Shown here: positions 7,884 through 16,646 of the stretch, piece by piece | How positions within the stretch are numbered: position 1 is the first letter of the stretch | Layout: every line of letters starts with the position of its first letter | Source: Calditrichaceae bacterium | Lineage (GTDB): Bacteria > Calditrichota > Calditrichia > Calditrichales > JBFXGD01 | Length of the DNA stretch: 19,880 nucleotides | Reading direction: 5' to 3' | NCBI GenBank assembly: GCA_050173015.1 | Contig: JBFXLE010000042.1 | Span: forward strand, 1 to 19,880 | Notes under the pieces: model-generated | Told to the model about the DNA's origin: nothing | The model's database searches: none | The model's input: the letters and a program-made list of their open reading frames with translations, nothing else | Made by a program: the position numbers and the translations under genes

Positions 7884-9026
7884 TTATGTTATCTTTTCGA
7901 TCCATTGGATCATTACATCGAGCGCCAGACGGATGTTACCGACCTGACAATGATTCTGGGCGTGTTCTTTTTTGGTGAAGACTCTTGCAGTGACCGATTT
8001 GGCCTTGGTCAGCGCCTTTACCTGCATGGCGTGCATTTTAAATGGAATGAAATGATCGTTTCTGCCGGTCAAAATCAATACATCCTGTCTGATTTTATCC
8101 GAATGCAGATTATGCTCATTCATCCGCGCGGCCGCGTCAAAGGCTTCCATAGGAGTGCTTTTATGGGTAATATACATCAGGTTACCGATGGACCATTTAT
8201 GCATCCCGTCTTTTTCCATTTTTTTCAAAGTCACTCTGTTTGAAAAGTCTCTGAAATGATAGAAAAACAACTTCATCATTAATTTTCCGAAGATATTTGG
8301 GAATTTCAGATAATCAAACGCAATACCGGACGCGATCACCCGCTTAATCCGGGACTCATACGCCGCGGCTCTTAGGCAAAAATACCCGCCCATGGAAATG
8401 CCCAGCAATGTCACATCGGTCAACTTAAAGTAATCCAGAATTGCCTTTACCGGTTTTTCCCATTCGTGATCCAGCGGCAGTCCGTGCTTTTTTAGTGCCG
8501 CGCCCTGTCCGGGACCTTCAAATCCGATCACCTCATAGCCGTGATCAGAAAAATATCTCATCCAGGAGTAAAATTCTTCAATATAAGAATCAAATCCCCC
8601 GTGAATAACGATGGTGCCTTTTTTACCGGTCATGGATGGGATTTTTATGACAGGGAGAAAAGCGCCGTGATAGGGTACCTGAAATTTTTCAAAGTTATCG
8701 TCTTTAATAAAACGGTAAAACAGATCGATAAACGTGTCGTATAAACGCTCTTTTTCAGGATCGTCATTAAAAGTATAAAATTCGGCTGCCCTGAAATAAA
8801 ACGCGGCATTCATAATCCGGTCTTCTGAAAGGGCTTTGTTGGCCAGGGAGATGAACACAGTTTTCCAGTTACTAAATGACTGTATCGACTTGCCGGCGGA
8901 TTGCATATCTTCATATTTGGCGTAACCAAGAGAGTGCCATCTGTTCAATTGGTAATTGAAGAGCTGATCCTTATGGAATCGCTGATATCCGACAGGAAAC
9001 TGAAACGTATCCGGAACATTCGTCAT
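7884..9026 (-). CDS. Alpha/beta hydrolase (FrsA / dihydroxypseudooxynicotine hydrolase-like)
   Basis: HGGFDS, EGPGQG, nucleophile motif GISMGG, D in GRNDH, and HCQ. Confidence 0.85.
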   Translation of the reverse strand: MTNVPDTFQFPVGYQRFHKDQLFNYQLNRWHSLGYAKYEDMQSAGKSIQSFSNWKTVFISLANKALSEDRIMNAAFYFRAAEFYTFNDDPEKERLYDTFIDLFYRFIKDDNFEKFQVPYHGAFLPVIKIPSMTGKKGTIVIHGGFDSYIEEFYSWMRYFSDHGYEVIGFEGPGQGAALKKHGLPLDHEWEKPVKAILDYFKLTDVTLLGISMGGYFCLRAAAYESRIKRVIASGIAFDYLKFPNIFGKLMMKLFFYHFRDFSNRVTLKKMEKDGMHKWSIGNLMYITHKSTPMEAFDAAARMNEHNLHSDKIRQDVLILTGRNDHFIPFKMHAMQVKALTKAKSVTARVFTKKEHAQNHCQVGNIRLALDVMIQWIEKIT

Positions 9027-9188
9027 AATTGTGCCCTTAGGCCTCCCATTATGAAATTAATTTCGATAAACAGGGTTAAGTTGTCTTCCCGAAAATTACA
9101 AAAATGATCTAAATCCGCAATTGATAAAAATATTTGATGAAATACCGCGCGGAGATTGAGAGAGGAGAGGATTGGCAGCTCTTTAAAC

Positions 9189-9219
9189 AAAAAAACCCCG
9201 GCCGAAAAGACCGGGGTTT
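9189..9219 (-). terminator. Intrinsic terminator of the cold-shock gene
   Basis: Minus strand AAACCCCGG-loop-CCGGGGTTTTTTT, 17 nt after the stop codon. Confidence 0.88.
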
Positions 9220-9236
9220 GCAAAATTATAGTAAAA

Positions 9237-9437
9237 TTATAATTTTGTTACGTTAATTGCCTGAAGACCTTTTGGGCCCTGACCAATTTCGAATTCAACT
9301 TTGTCGCCTTCTTCAAGGGATCTGTATCCGTTACCTTGAATTGCATTGTAATGCACGAATACATCGTCGCCTTCTTCTCTGCTGATGAAACCATAGCCCT
9401 TAGAGCCATTGAACCATTTTACTGTTCCTGTTTCCAT
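9237..9437 (-). CDS. csp: Cold-shock protein, CspA family
   Basis: [15 protein letters not shown] (RNP1) and DVFVHY (RNP2); 66 aa. Confidence 0.97.
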   Translation of the reverse strand: METGTVKWFNGSKGYGFISREEGDDVFVHYNAIQGNGYRSLEEGDKVEFEIGQGPKGLQAINVTKL

Positions 9438-9638
9438 AAAATAATTCCTTACATAAAAAAATAATTGTTGCGTACATCTTTCGTTCTCAGACTGTTAAGG
9501 GCAAAAAAAAATCGCTTTGAATAGTCCATTAGCACCATTCTCAACGAGTTTTCTTTTATTTTACCAGCATCATTTTTTAACAAACCTGCTACCACAAAAC
9601 TAAAAAGTCGAAAAACATGTACATTTAACTGCGAAGAG

Positions 9639-9667
9639 ATAATACAAGATAAAATTACAAAAAGCAA
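9639..9667 (-). promoter_or_regulatory. Putative sigma70 promoter of csp, implying a 5' UTR of about 195 nt
   Basis: Minus strand TTGCTT-N17-TATTAT with A/T-rich upstream tracts. Long leaders are typical of csp mRNAs. Confidence 0.6.
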
Positions 9668-9856
9668 ACATTATTTTTTATTTTTTTGTATTTTTTGTTT
9701 AAAAAAGGATTTTTGTTGGATTTAGAGCTGATTTTACGGCCTTTCTAAAGGATTCTCCGGTTTTTTTTATTTTTCTGTACACAATGTAACTTTTGTATCG
9801 CCGGCATAAAATACTAAAATTTATTTTCACCGGCAAATGAAACACCCTCAAATAGA

Positions 9857-11494
9857 TCAAATGCGCACATTTTTTCTATTAATGTATTCTTTAGCGTTTT
9901 TTGTGATACTTTTCGGATAACCGGCATATTCCAAAAGGGCGATGGCATTTCGGGTTGTAGCGGTACCATCATGGAGTTTATAATCGAAACAAAGGCCGTC
10001 GGAGCTGATTTTTTCAGAAAAATGAAAATTGGAGTATTGATCCTTCAGTGTTTCCGGCAATTGCATATCGTGTGTTGATACAAGGATAAAGTCTTTGTTG
10101 TTAGCCAGATATTTCAAAATAGCGATTGAGGCCGCCAGGCGTTCGGTTGAATTGGTCCCGCGTAGAATCTCATCCAAAATAAATAAATGGATACCACCTG
10201 TATCTGATGATTTCAGGATATCCAACAATGATTCGACTTCCGACAAGTAGTAACTTTTTCCCAGTAGCAGATTGTCGGTTATGCCTATGGATGATTTAAC
10301 ATTTAAAAATGGCGCTTTATATCTGCCGGCCATGCATGTATTGATGCTTTGCGCGAGAACCGCGTTGACACCGAGCGTTTTTAAAAAAGTGGTTTTGCCC
10401 GACATATTGGATCCCGTGATGATCACAGTTTGACAATCAAACCTGAAGCAATTAGAAACGGGATTCTTTAGAAGTGGATGATAAATCTCATCGACATCAA
10501 AATTTTTAGAATTTTCAGTGAAAACCGGTTGGCAATATCGATTATTTTCATTCCGAAATGAAGCGACAGATATCAGAGCATCGAGATAACCAATTGTTTT
10601 AAATAAAGTTCTTAATTTTTCTGAATGTTGGTCAATTTTTTTTACGGCTGAGAAAAATCCCGTTACCTCACTCAGAAAGTAGATATTAAAATATTCGACA
10701 ATGCCGAGTTGATCTTTGAATTGTAATGTAAATAAACGCTTAGCGATAATTCTTGTTTCCTTTAAGTTCTTACTGAGTACATTTTGGACAGATTTCAATT
10801 TTTCTGTTTTCAGAACAGAAATTCTGTCAGAAACACTGATCATGACTCCGAGATATTGAAATGAGTGTATAAAAATTTCAATTTTTCGTTTGATAAAGGA
10901 ATGAATGATCAGATTTACCGAAAAAATCAAGAACACGGATGCGGGATGCAAAATATTTCCGAGCGCCAAAAGCAAAACTATGGTTGAAATCAGCGTCATA
11001 ATCGGCAAAAATTTAGCATAGCCGGGAACTTCCGGCAATGGTTTCCATAGCGAATAGGGTAGATATTTCGCGTTTTTTTCATTCAGATGTCTAAGGATAA
11101 GCTGGAGCTGTTCCCGCAAATTCTGATCACGCGAGAATAAATTGATCATTGATTCGCGGTCATCAAGGATTGTTTTGTTAAGAGCAGGCGTCCGCAGCAG
11201 ATGATACAGATACTGAGAACCAACCGGTGTATTTGTCCGGTCCATTATCCTGAATATGTCGTCAAAATTGAGATCGTTCCAGGTGTTATCATCCAATTGA
11301 TGGGTGTGAGAATGGGACATATCTTTTGTGAATTCAAAAAACAGACTCGCATCCTCTGTGGATAGTGACTTCTCCGGTATGGATCCCCAGGCGGCGCGAA
11401 GAGATCTCAAATATTTTATGCGGTTTGTTTTTGTGAAAATGATTGTGATAATGATGACCAAAAGAATGACGCTGCTCAATAGAATTAGATTCAT
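9857..11494 (-). CDS. Membrane-anchored MutS-like ATPase (domain V; no mismatch-recognition domain evident)
   Basis: Walker A GSNMSGKTT, Walker B LFILDE followed by RGTN, and STHD. N-terminal and internal hydrophobic segments. Confidence 0.9.
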   Translation of the reverse strand: MNLILLSSVILLVIIITIIFTKTNRIKYLRSLRAAWGSIPEKSLSTEDASLFFEFTKDMSHSHTHQLDDNTWNDLNFDDIFRIMDRTNTPVGSQYLYHLLRTPALNKTILDDRESMINLFSRDQNLREQLQLILRHLNEKNAKYLPYSLWKPLPEVPGYAKFLPIMTLISTIVLLLALGNILHPASVFLIFSVNLIIHSFIKRKIEIFIHSFQYLGVMISVSDRISVLKTEKLKSVQNVLSKNLKETRIIAKRLFTLQFKDQLGIVEYFNIYFLSEVTGFFSAVKKIDQHSEKLRTLFKTIGYLDALISVASFRNENNRYCQPVFTENSKNFDVDEIYHPLLKNPVSNCFRFDCQTVIITGSNMSGKTTFLKTLGVNAVLAQSINTCMAGRYKAPFLNVKSSIGITDNLLLGKSYYLSEVESLLDILKSSDTGGIHLFILDEILRGTNSTERLAASIAILKYLANNKDFILVSTHDMQLPETLKDQYSNFHFSEKISSDGLCFDYKLHDGTATTRNAIALLEYAGYPKSITKNAKEYINRKNVRI

Positions 11495-11901
11495 GAGACT
11501 TATCCAGGTTTAATGATAGAATAATGAGACTTGTCTAAAAAAATGTTATCTATGTGAAAATAGATATTGATTCTAACGCGTTTGGGTCGTCAGGGAATCA
11601 TTGCTTCCGGAGAAAGCCATTAAAATTCTTATCGGATCAATGACTGTGAATCTTTAAGGTGAATTTATAGAACAGGGAAGTGATTAAAAATTTATTTTGT
11701 TGATGGTACAATTTTACGCAGGATGCAATGGCCGCGGATGTTTACATCCGGTTTCTGTTTTTTTTGCCTGCTTTTAAACACGGATATCCCCGCCCCCACT
11801 CTCAACTCTTACACTCTTAACTCTTTTTTCTTTTGTCTTTTTTCTTTTATCTTAACCTTCCTACTTCCTACTTCCTACTTTTCTTCTCCACTCCGGCCTT
11901 A

Positions 11902-12069
11902 CAAAAAAATCGGTTGAAATTCAGGTGAGCGGAACGGCTGAAATTCTTGCTGTCTGAGACCGCCGCCAGGCGGGCGAGTTTAAGAATTTCAGTGCAGCGA
12001 GCCGTTTAATTTCCCGATTTTTTGGGACAGCCATGATCTTTTGGTTCTTTTCCATCAAGGGAAAAGAAC
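11902..12069 (+). repeat. Long hairpin element, a divergent relative of cassette type 2
   Basis: Nested arms AAAAAATCGG/CCGATTTTTT, GAAATT/AATTTC and CTGAAATTCTT/AAGAATTTCAG around CTGTCTGAG..CGAGTT. Terminal GTTCTTTTCC-6nt-GGAAAAGAAC hairpin. Confidence 0.8.
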
Positions 12070-12186
12070 AAAGAAACATCAGTTCTGATTTCGAAATACA
12101 AACGCTACTAGGATCTCTGAAATCTTTTTTCTTTTTTCTTATTCTTACTACTTCCTACTTTCAACTTCTTACTTTTCTTTCTCTCC

Positions 12187-12295
12187 CTACTTTTTGAATG
12201 GCCAAAAAGTAGCAAAAAGCCCCGGCGAATTTTAACTCGTATAAATTTTTCCGTTTTTCTAATTCTTCCACTCGGACAGAAAATTCGCCCCGAAG
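12187..12295 (-). repeat. Cassette type 2, second copy
   Basis: Arms identical to 4764-4873; differences concentrated in the loop. Confidence 0.88.
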
Positions 12296-12340
12296 AATCC
12301 AAACACTGCTTTGGGATTAACAACCAGATTATCCTGACCA

Positions 12341-12435
12341 GTAGAACAGGGATTCCCGGTGTAATTGTTCGACCCCGACGGGGTCGCCGGATTTTGTGGG
12401 GTCTGTTTTCTACAATAATTTCATCCCTTCGGGAT
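12341..12435. repeat. REP-like composite palindrome
   Basis: GTAGAACAG...CTGTTTTCTAC arms enclosing CGACCCC-GAC-GGGGTCG (12370-12386), followed by the hairpin ATCCC-TTC-GGGAT. Confidence 0.7.
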
Positions 12436-12543
12436 TTGGATTGACGTATGAATTGAATCCCCGAGCTTGATTTAAAATGTTGGATGAATTGGACATGAAA
12501 ACCCCATGCCGGAGGTGTCGCATTTTTGTGGAACTCCAATAAC

Positions 12544-12576
12544 AACCCCCTTAGTCACCCTTTAGCCAAGGGGGAA
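12544..12576. repeat. CCCCCTT/AAGGGGG REP-like palindrome
   Basis: aacccccttagtcaccctttagccaagggggaa. Confidence 0.6.
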
Positions 12577-12648
12577 ACGCCCATTCCCACTCTTTTTTCT
12601 TTTATCTTTTTTCTAAACCTTCTTACTTCCTACTTCTCACTTCTTACT

Positions 12649-12673
12649 TAGGGCACGAGCCTCGTGCCCCTAC
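12649..12673 (-). repeat. GTAG-type REP sequence
   Basis: Minus strand GTAGGGGCACGAG-G-CTCGTGCCCTA: a GTAG foot plus a GC-rich palindrome. Confidence 0.8.
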
Positions 12674-12854
12674 TCATGACTCTTTCCTCTTAACACTCTT
12701 CAACTTCTTACTTCCTACTTCTTACTTCCAACTTTTCTTCTACGCCCCGAAGAAATCCGCAACACAATAGCTGAATCTTAAACTCTTAACTCTTTTTTCT
12801 TTTATCTTTTATCTTTTTTCTTCAACTTCCTACTTCCTCCTTCCTACTTTTCTT

Positions 12855-12883
12855 TTGTGCCAATAGTAAATTTTGTGTACTAT
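12855..12883 (+). promoter_or_regulatory. Putative sigma70 promoter for the beta-CASP/aminopeptidase genes
   Basis: TTGTGC-N17-TACTAT immediately after array B. Confidence 0.45.
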
Positions 12884-12910
12884 TTGATTTCAGTTTTCGG
12901 AAAGGTGCTC

Positions 12911-13858
12911 ATGTTTTCTTATGATAAAGATATATTAATCAACGATATCGGTTTATGGCTTGACGCGGGCAGGGTAAAAGAGTTTGGATTTATATCCCAC
13001 GCGCATGGGGATCATATCGCGCGGCACAAGAAGATCATCTGCACGCCCGTCACCGGAAAAATCATCGAAAAACGTCTAAAATCACCAAATTACACATCGC
13101 TTGAATATCATAAACCACTTAAAATAAATAGCAGTACGATCACGCTTTACCCGGCGGGACATATCCTTGGATCTGCGCAGATCAAAATCGAAAATACTAC
13201 AGGATCGCTCTTATACACCGGTGATTTCAGGCTTCGCCCGGCTAAAACCGTCGAACCGTTTGAATTCGTTAAAACAGATATCCTGATTATGGAAACCACA
13301 TTCGGCCTGCCGCATTATAAGATGCCACCCCGCGAAGAAATAGAGCATTACCTGATTGAACAATGCAAAAAATTACTAAAGGAAGGCCGGATTCCGGTGG
13401 TTTTTTCCTATTCCCTCGGGAAAGGGCAGGAAGTGATGAAAATTCTCACGGAGGCGGGACTGCCCGTGGCGGTTGACTACGGAATATTACGCTTTGTGCC
13501 ATATTACCAGGCCCAGGGGGTTGAATTCGGCCGGTTTGAAAAATTCAGGCGCAGCGAATTCAGGGGGAAAGTGCTACTGCTTCCGACGGGCGCGCGATAT
13601 CAAAGATATCTGAAAGACCTTCGGGATACCCATTCATTTTATATTTCCGGGTGGGGAATTGATCCCTCCGCGCCGAAAAGACTGGGGGTCGATGAAGTTC
13701 TGCCAATCAGTGATCACGCGGATTATGATGAATTGATCGAACTGGTGGAGCGAATCAAACCGGAGGTGGTTTATTGTACTCACGGATTCCCTCAGTTTGT
13801 GGATTCCCTGCGAAACGCCGGATACAATGCCTTCGAATTGGGAAGTGTGTCATCATAA
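12911..13858 (+). CDS. MBL-fold beta-CASP nuclease (ligase-associated DNA-damage-response exonuclease-like)
   Basis: SHAHGDH, AGHILGSA, YTGD, ETTFG, YSLGKGQE, SDHAD and THG motifs. ATG at 12911 behind AAGGTG. Confidence 0.88.
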   Translation: MFSYDKDILINDIGLWLDAGRVKEFGFISHAHGDHIARHKKIICTPVTGKIIEKRLKSPNYTSLEYHKPLKINSSTITLYPAGHILGSAQIKIENTTGSLLYTGDFRLRPAKTVEPFEFVKTDILIMETTFGLPHYKMPPREEIEHYLIEQCKKLLKEGRIPVVFSYSLGKGQEVMKILTEAGLPVAVDYGILRFVPYYQAQGVEFGRFEKFRRSEFRGKVLLLPTGARYQRYLKDLRDTHSFYISGWGIDPSAPKRLGVDEVLPISDHADYDELIELVERIKPEVVYCTHGFPQFVDSLRNAGYNAFELGSVSS

Positions 13859-13976
13859 GGAAAATTAGAAACAAAAATCTTCAATCAACCGTAATCCGGA
13901 TTAGAATTGATTCATAATGGGTTAATTTATTATTGAAAGATTGCCGCGATTCTTTAATAAAATGGAGAAATGAAAG

Positions 13977-16427
13977 ATGAAAGTTCTGAGCCGAGTATTC
14001 ATTTATGTGGTTTTGACGCTCGCTTTTTATCAGACGCAGGCGACAGAAGCATGGCGGGAACATGATTATGATGTGATACACTACAGAATTGAAGTGGGAT
14101 TTGATCATGATAGAGGGATGGTTTCAGGAAGCGCTACCATCGAAATTTCACCACTGAAGGATTATTTCAATTCATTTGATTTGGATGCGCGTAAATTCAC
14201 CGTGAATTCAGTAAGGCTGAACGGCGATAAATCTATTGAATACAATGTAAGTGATGATAAAATCACGGTTATCCTGCCGCGCGATTTCTCTCGGGGTGAA
14301 GCATTTAAAGTGACGGTTGATTATAAGGCAAATCCGGTATCCGGGATGTACTTTTTTAGCCCTGACAAAAAAATGAAGGACCGGCCGAAACAGATTTGGA
14401 CCCAGGGTGAAGGACAAGACAATCATTACTGGTTCCCATGCTATGATTATCCAAATGACAAGGCGACATTTGAAGTGATCGCGGAAGTGGATGGGGGACA
14501 AATCGCGGTTTCCAACGGTAAACTGGTCAGCAGGGATGAGAAAGGGAAGAAGGTCGTTTATCATTATAAAATGGATAAACCCATGTCTTCCTATCTGATC
14601 GATCTGGTGGTTGGTGATTATAAAATGTATGAACAGAGCTGGAACGGCATACCTTTGCAGTACTTTGTGTATCCGGAACATTCTGAGGAAGATGCTCTTC
14701 GTTCTTTCGGAAGAACACCGGTCATGATGCAATTTTTCTCCGACTATACGGGCTTTGAGTATCCCTACTCCAAATACGCGCAGATCCTGATCACCGAATT
14801 CATGTTTGGCGGAATGGAAAATACCACCGCCACTACAATCACCGACAGAACGATGCACACCGAACGCGCCCATCTGGATTTTTCGAGTGACGGACTTGTG
14901 GCGCATGAACTGGCGCATCAATGGTTTGGTGATATGATCACCTGCCGCGAATGGAGCGAAATATGGGTGAATGAAGGGTTTGCCACCTATTTTGATCATC
15001 TTTTTAATGAATTTTATAACGGGAAGGATCAGTTTGGATATGATTTTTATGAAATTCAGAAAGGTGTGATTGATCTGGAACTAAAAAAACCGCAATATCT
15101 AACCGGTAAAGCGCCGTGGAGAATCGCGTATACCAAAGGCGCGTCCGTATTGCACATGACGCGTAACCTGCTTGGTGAAAATCGGTTTCGCGCGGCCATC
15201 AACGAATTTTTAACACAATATGCATATAAGAACGCTGAATCACACGATATGAGAAGGGTAATGGAAGACGCCAGCGGCGTAAATCTGTATGAATTTTTTG
15301 ATCAGTGGGTTTTCGATGGAGGTATTCCCGAATTTGATGTGACAAAAAATTATGATGGTCATTTATCTGAGCTGCAAATCAATGTGAAACAGGTTCAGGA
15401 CAGCGGAATCCGCTCCGTGTTTAAGGTGAAATTATTTATCGGTATCGATGACGGACAAGAGTATTCAGAACATCAGATCGAAATAAACGCCGGAGAACAG
15501 GATTTCGTCATCCCTGTGAAAGCGGAACCGCGAATGGTTATTTTTGATGCCGGACAGGTTATACTTAAAAAAGTGACATTCCGGAAAACTCTTGATGAAT
15601 GGATCTATCAGGCGCGTAACGCGCACCGGATAGCAGACAGACTTCATGCCATAGAGATACTTCCTGAATTGGAGACAGAATCGAATCACGGCAAAATCGC
15701 ATCGGCATTACTCGAGCTGGCCGCCGGTGATAAATTTTATGGAATTCGCGCGGATGCTCTGAAAGCCTTCACCGGATTGCAGTATTTGACGGGGGATAAA
15801 AATGTCGGTTTTGCGGACACGCTGAGATCGCTTTTAGTGACGGAATATAAATCAACTGTAAGGGTCAATCTTTTACATGCTCTGGCAAAATTCAAAGTTC
15901 CTGCCGATGAAGTGGTGTTCGATCAATACTTTAAATCGGATATGAGTTACGACGTGAGAATAAGCGCGCTTCAAGCATTACTTGAAGTATTTCCGGCTAA
16001 GGGGGAAAAATATCTGAAAGAAGCAATGCAGATGGACTCCTGGGATGAGAAAATCCGGGAAACCGCTTTTGATTCGCTGTTGATACTGCCTGATAAAAAA
16101 GCATTCGAGATGGCAAAGTCGTATACAAAATATGGAAATGACCAGAAATTACGGGCCGCGGCTGTTAAAGTTATGGGAGAATTGGCGGCAAAGAATTATG
16201 ATCCGGCAATTAAAGTATTGCTTGATGTTGTAAAAGAGGGTGGAGAGGATTACCGGTACCGGCCTGTTAGCCTTGCCATTGCCAAAGTGGGAGAATTTGC
16301 TCCGGAGAGCGCCCGCCCGCTGCTGTTAGAAATTGTTAAAAAAAACGGAAATAAATACATGACGGCATCCGCGGAACGCGCCTTGGCAAAGTTGACAGAA
16401 AATAACACGCAAGCACAGGAAGAATAA
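13977..16427 (+). CDS. Secreted M1-family aminopeptidase (PepN-like) with C-terminal HEAT-like repeats
   Basis: Signal peptide, GGMEN, HELAH...NEGFA zinc motif, YTKG, and a helical repeat C-terminus. Confidence 0.93.
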   Translation: MKVLSRVFIYVVLTLAFYQTQATEAWREHDYDVIHYRIEVGFDHDRGMVSGSATIEISPLKDYFNSFDLDARKFTVNSVRLNGDKSIEYNVSDDKITVILPRDFSRGEAFKVTVDYKANPVSGMYFFSPDKKMKDRPKQIWTQGEGQDNHYWFPCYDYPNDKATFEVIAEVDGGQIAVSNGKLVSRDEKGKKVVYHYKMDKPMSSYLIDLVVGDYKMYEQSWNGIPLQYFVYPEHSEEDALRSFGRTPVMMQFFSDYTGFEYPYSKYAQILITEFMFGGMENTTATTITDRTMHTERAHLDFSSDGLVAHELAHQWFGDMITCREWSEIWVNEGFATYFDHLFNEFYNGKDQFGYDFYEIQKGVIDLELKKPQYLTGKAPWRIAYTKGASVLHMTRNLLGENRFRAAINEFLTQYAYKNAESHDMRRVMEDASGVNLYEFFDQWVFDGGIPEFDVTKNYDGHLSELQINVKQVQDSGIRSVFKVKLFIGIDDGQEYSEHQIEINAGEQDFVIPVKAEPRMVIFDAGQVILKKVTFRKTLDEWIYQARNAHRIADRLHAIEILPELETESNHGKIASALLELAAGDKFYGIRADALKAFTGLQYLTGDKNVGFADTLRSLLVTEYKSTVRVNLLHALAKFKVPADEVVFDQYFKSDMSYDVRISALQALLEVFPAKGEKYLKEAMQMDSWDEKIRETAFDSLLILPDKKAFEMAKSYTKYGNDQKLRAAAVKVMGELAAKNYDPAIKVLLDVVKEGGEDYRYRPVSLAIAKVGEFAPESARPLLLEIVKKNGNKYMTASAERALAKLTENNTQAQEE

Positions 16428-16460
16428 GCGTATTTAGCCGAGCAACATAAAGGGTCTTAT

Positions 16461-16494
16461 AAATGCCGGATTGTTTTCTCCCGGCATTTTTTTT
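16461..16494. terminator. Intrinsic terminator between convergent genes
   Basis: AAATGCCGG...CCGGCATTTTTTTT. Confidence 0.8.
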
Positions 16495-16646
16495 AGATAG
16501 TTAAAATAATAAAGAGAAGCAAAAACGGATTTTATTTAATCGAATTGTGAACCTGAATCATGAACAGGCATGAATATAGATAATAACGGCTTTGCCGCTT
16601 TGTATATTTATGCAACCAGGGATCGAATTTTTCTGTTCCATTGAAA

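Larger units (their letters stand above)
11798..12856. repeat. Array B: five heptamer tracts alternating with palindromic cassettes; same grammar and polarity as array A
   Basis: Tracts at about 11798-11887, 12122-12185, 12589-12649, 12680-12740 and 12781-12856. Confidence 0.92.

Noticed and set aside
9449-9667. 72-aa ORF upstream of csp
   Set aside because: It starts within the predicted -35 box and spans the expected long csp leader; it is better explained as non-coding.
11723-12545. ORFs 11723-11917 (+) and 12108-12545 (-)
   Set aside because: They translate the repeat array into low-complexity F/S/L or K/R-rich sequence with no family motif.
1386-12910. Upstream-extended starts in the ORF track (1386, 1789, 2364, 3754, 5695, 12857)
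   Set aside because: Downstream ATGs have better RBSs and match family N-termini, and several extensions overlap predicted promoters.
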